Shown: positions 62,511-64,000 of the stretch, piece by piece
Layout: every line of letters begins with the position of its first letter
Numbering within the stretch: position 1 is the stretch's first letter
Assembly: GCF_963921235.1 (NCBI RefSeq)
Contig: NC_086098.1
Coordinates: 6,696,001-6,760,000 of the forward strand
DNA: 64,000 nucleotides
From: Mobula hypostoma
Lineage: Eukaryota
Direction of reading: 5' to 3'
Notes under the pieces: generated by a model
The model's input: only the letters and a program-made list of their open reading frames with translations
Told to the model about the DNA's origin: nothing
The model's database searches: none
Translations under genes and position numbers: made by a program

Positions 62511-63624
62511 AGCTTGTCTGTCCCACAAAAGGTTCCCAAAAAGGAGACACAACTCCCAGCTCTGCTACCTACTCAAAGGACTTCCACTTCAGTTCTCTTT
62601 GTCCTCCTGAACTGCTCAAGTGAACCTCAGATGGAGCAAATCCATAAGTTCTTTTTTGTTTCATTACTGGTGGGAGACACTTCAGTTTCCAGGGGAATGC
62701 AATGGATAAATACCCTACCTGAGTAGGCTGTTAGACTTCTGATCTAAATAGTTTCCCCTGACAGAATTTTGTCCGGTTTATATTGCTTACAGTGAATGGG
62801 TGAGGGAGGGTTTTATATTCATTCTGGAGCTAAACCCAGAACACAGACTGGCTGGAATCAGCCTTTTCCATGATGGTGTCTGTGGTATTTATAGGATATT
62901 TCAGGAAAATGGAGAGCACCTGATGGTGAATACTGTAGCAAACAAGTTATTACATAAATGATGAACGCACTAACTATTTATGCAACATCAATATGAATAA
63001 TATAAACCGGAAATTTTGCAGTTGCTGGAAATCTGGAATACCTCATGCACACAAAATGCTGGAGGAACCCAGCAAGTCGGGCAATGACTATGGAAGGGGA
63101 TAAAGGGCCGATGTTTTGGGCCAAGGAAGGATTTAATGAAGGGTCTCGGCCTGAAACATCAACCCTTTATTCCTAATATGAATATTTTTTTTAATTATCT
63201 ATTCATCTTTCTGGTGCAAAGTGAAGTAATAACCCAGTTTTGCTTTAATTTTGTGAGATATCTTTCTGATATTGGTTATATGTTTCATTTCCCATTTCCC
63301 AGTTAGGTATAAATTTCTTTTTAAAATTTATGCCTCACTAGAACTTACCTTAAACAGTGCAGCTATGCTTCTCTCAGGGGTCGACAGCTACTTGCATATA
63401 ATTCACAGGACACAATTCCCTGAGCAAAAGTTTCAAGCACTTCAGAATAATTTGCTTTGATTAAATCAGAACATTGGAACACATATTTATAGTTGAATTT
63501 GTACAGGAAGGACTTCTGCTAAGTTGTATGTTTCAAAATTGCAAAATTCTGAAAAGTAAATTAGAATTATTCCACAGAAATATATGATACTAATAAATTA
63601 AATGAATCAAGGTAACAACGACAA

Positions 63625-64000
63625 TAAGTGCCCCACCAACCAGGCCATGGTCTCTTCTTGCTGCCACCATTGGAAAGGAGGCTCAGGAGCCTTGAGTCCC
63701 ACACCTTCGGGTTCAGGAACGGTTATTACCCTTCGACCACCAGGCTCCTGAAAGAGTGTGGATACTTTCACTCACCTCAACACTGAACTGATTCCACAAC
63801 CTATCGACTCACTTTCAAGGACCCTCAGTATGTCTCAGTATTGCACAGTTTGTCCTCTTCGCATGTTGGTTGTTTTTTCAGTCTTTGTCTGTAGCTTTTC
63901 AATGATTCTATTGTTATTCTACGTTCTTCTGTGAATGCCCACAAGCAATTGAATCTCAGGGTAGTAGGTGGTGATATAAAGTAATCTGATATTAAATTTA
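63625..64000 (+). mobile_element. Rex1/Babar-type LINE 3' remnant
   Basis: caggagccttgagtcccacacc...gttcaggaacggttattaccc and a gaatctcagggtagta tail region. Confidence 0.6.

Noticed and set aside
60544..64000. Search for Eph exon 3 (WEEISG...)
   Set aside because: Not found, so it must lie beyond the window.

Overview
Vertebrate genomic DNA, most likely from a cartilaginous fish (ray or shark). This is inferred from the mix of CR1, Rex/Babar, V-SINE, Deu-SINE and Penelope repeats, not from a database hit. About the first 55 kb is a transposon-dense region with no recognisable host gene. It holds CR1 LINE pieces (two with open RT frames), Rex1/Babar 3' ends, an R4/Dong-type RLE element, RTE-derived elements, tRNA SINEs, Gypsy remnants, two solo LTRs, Tc1/mariner and hAT derivatives, and two minisatellites. 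From about 55.7 kb there is a CpG-rich promoter and the first two coding exons (56916-57012, 60479-60543, + strand) of an EphA7-like ephrin receptor gene that continues past the window. The most notable hidden system is a Neptune-type Penelope-like retroelement (23430-26327: RT plus GIY-YIG, inverted pseudo-LTR, 12-15 bp TSD) whose pLTR carries a minimal type I hammerhead ribozyme motif. More than ten short pLTR-derived copies are scattered through the window, some with their own TSDs and some as fold-back palindromes centred on the ribozyme. Boundaries of old repeats are approximate.
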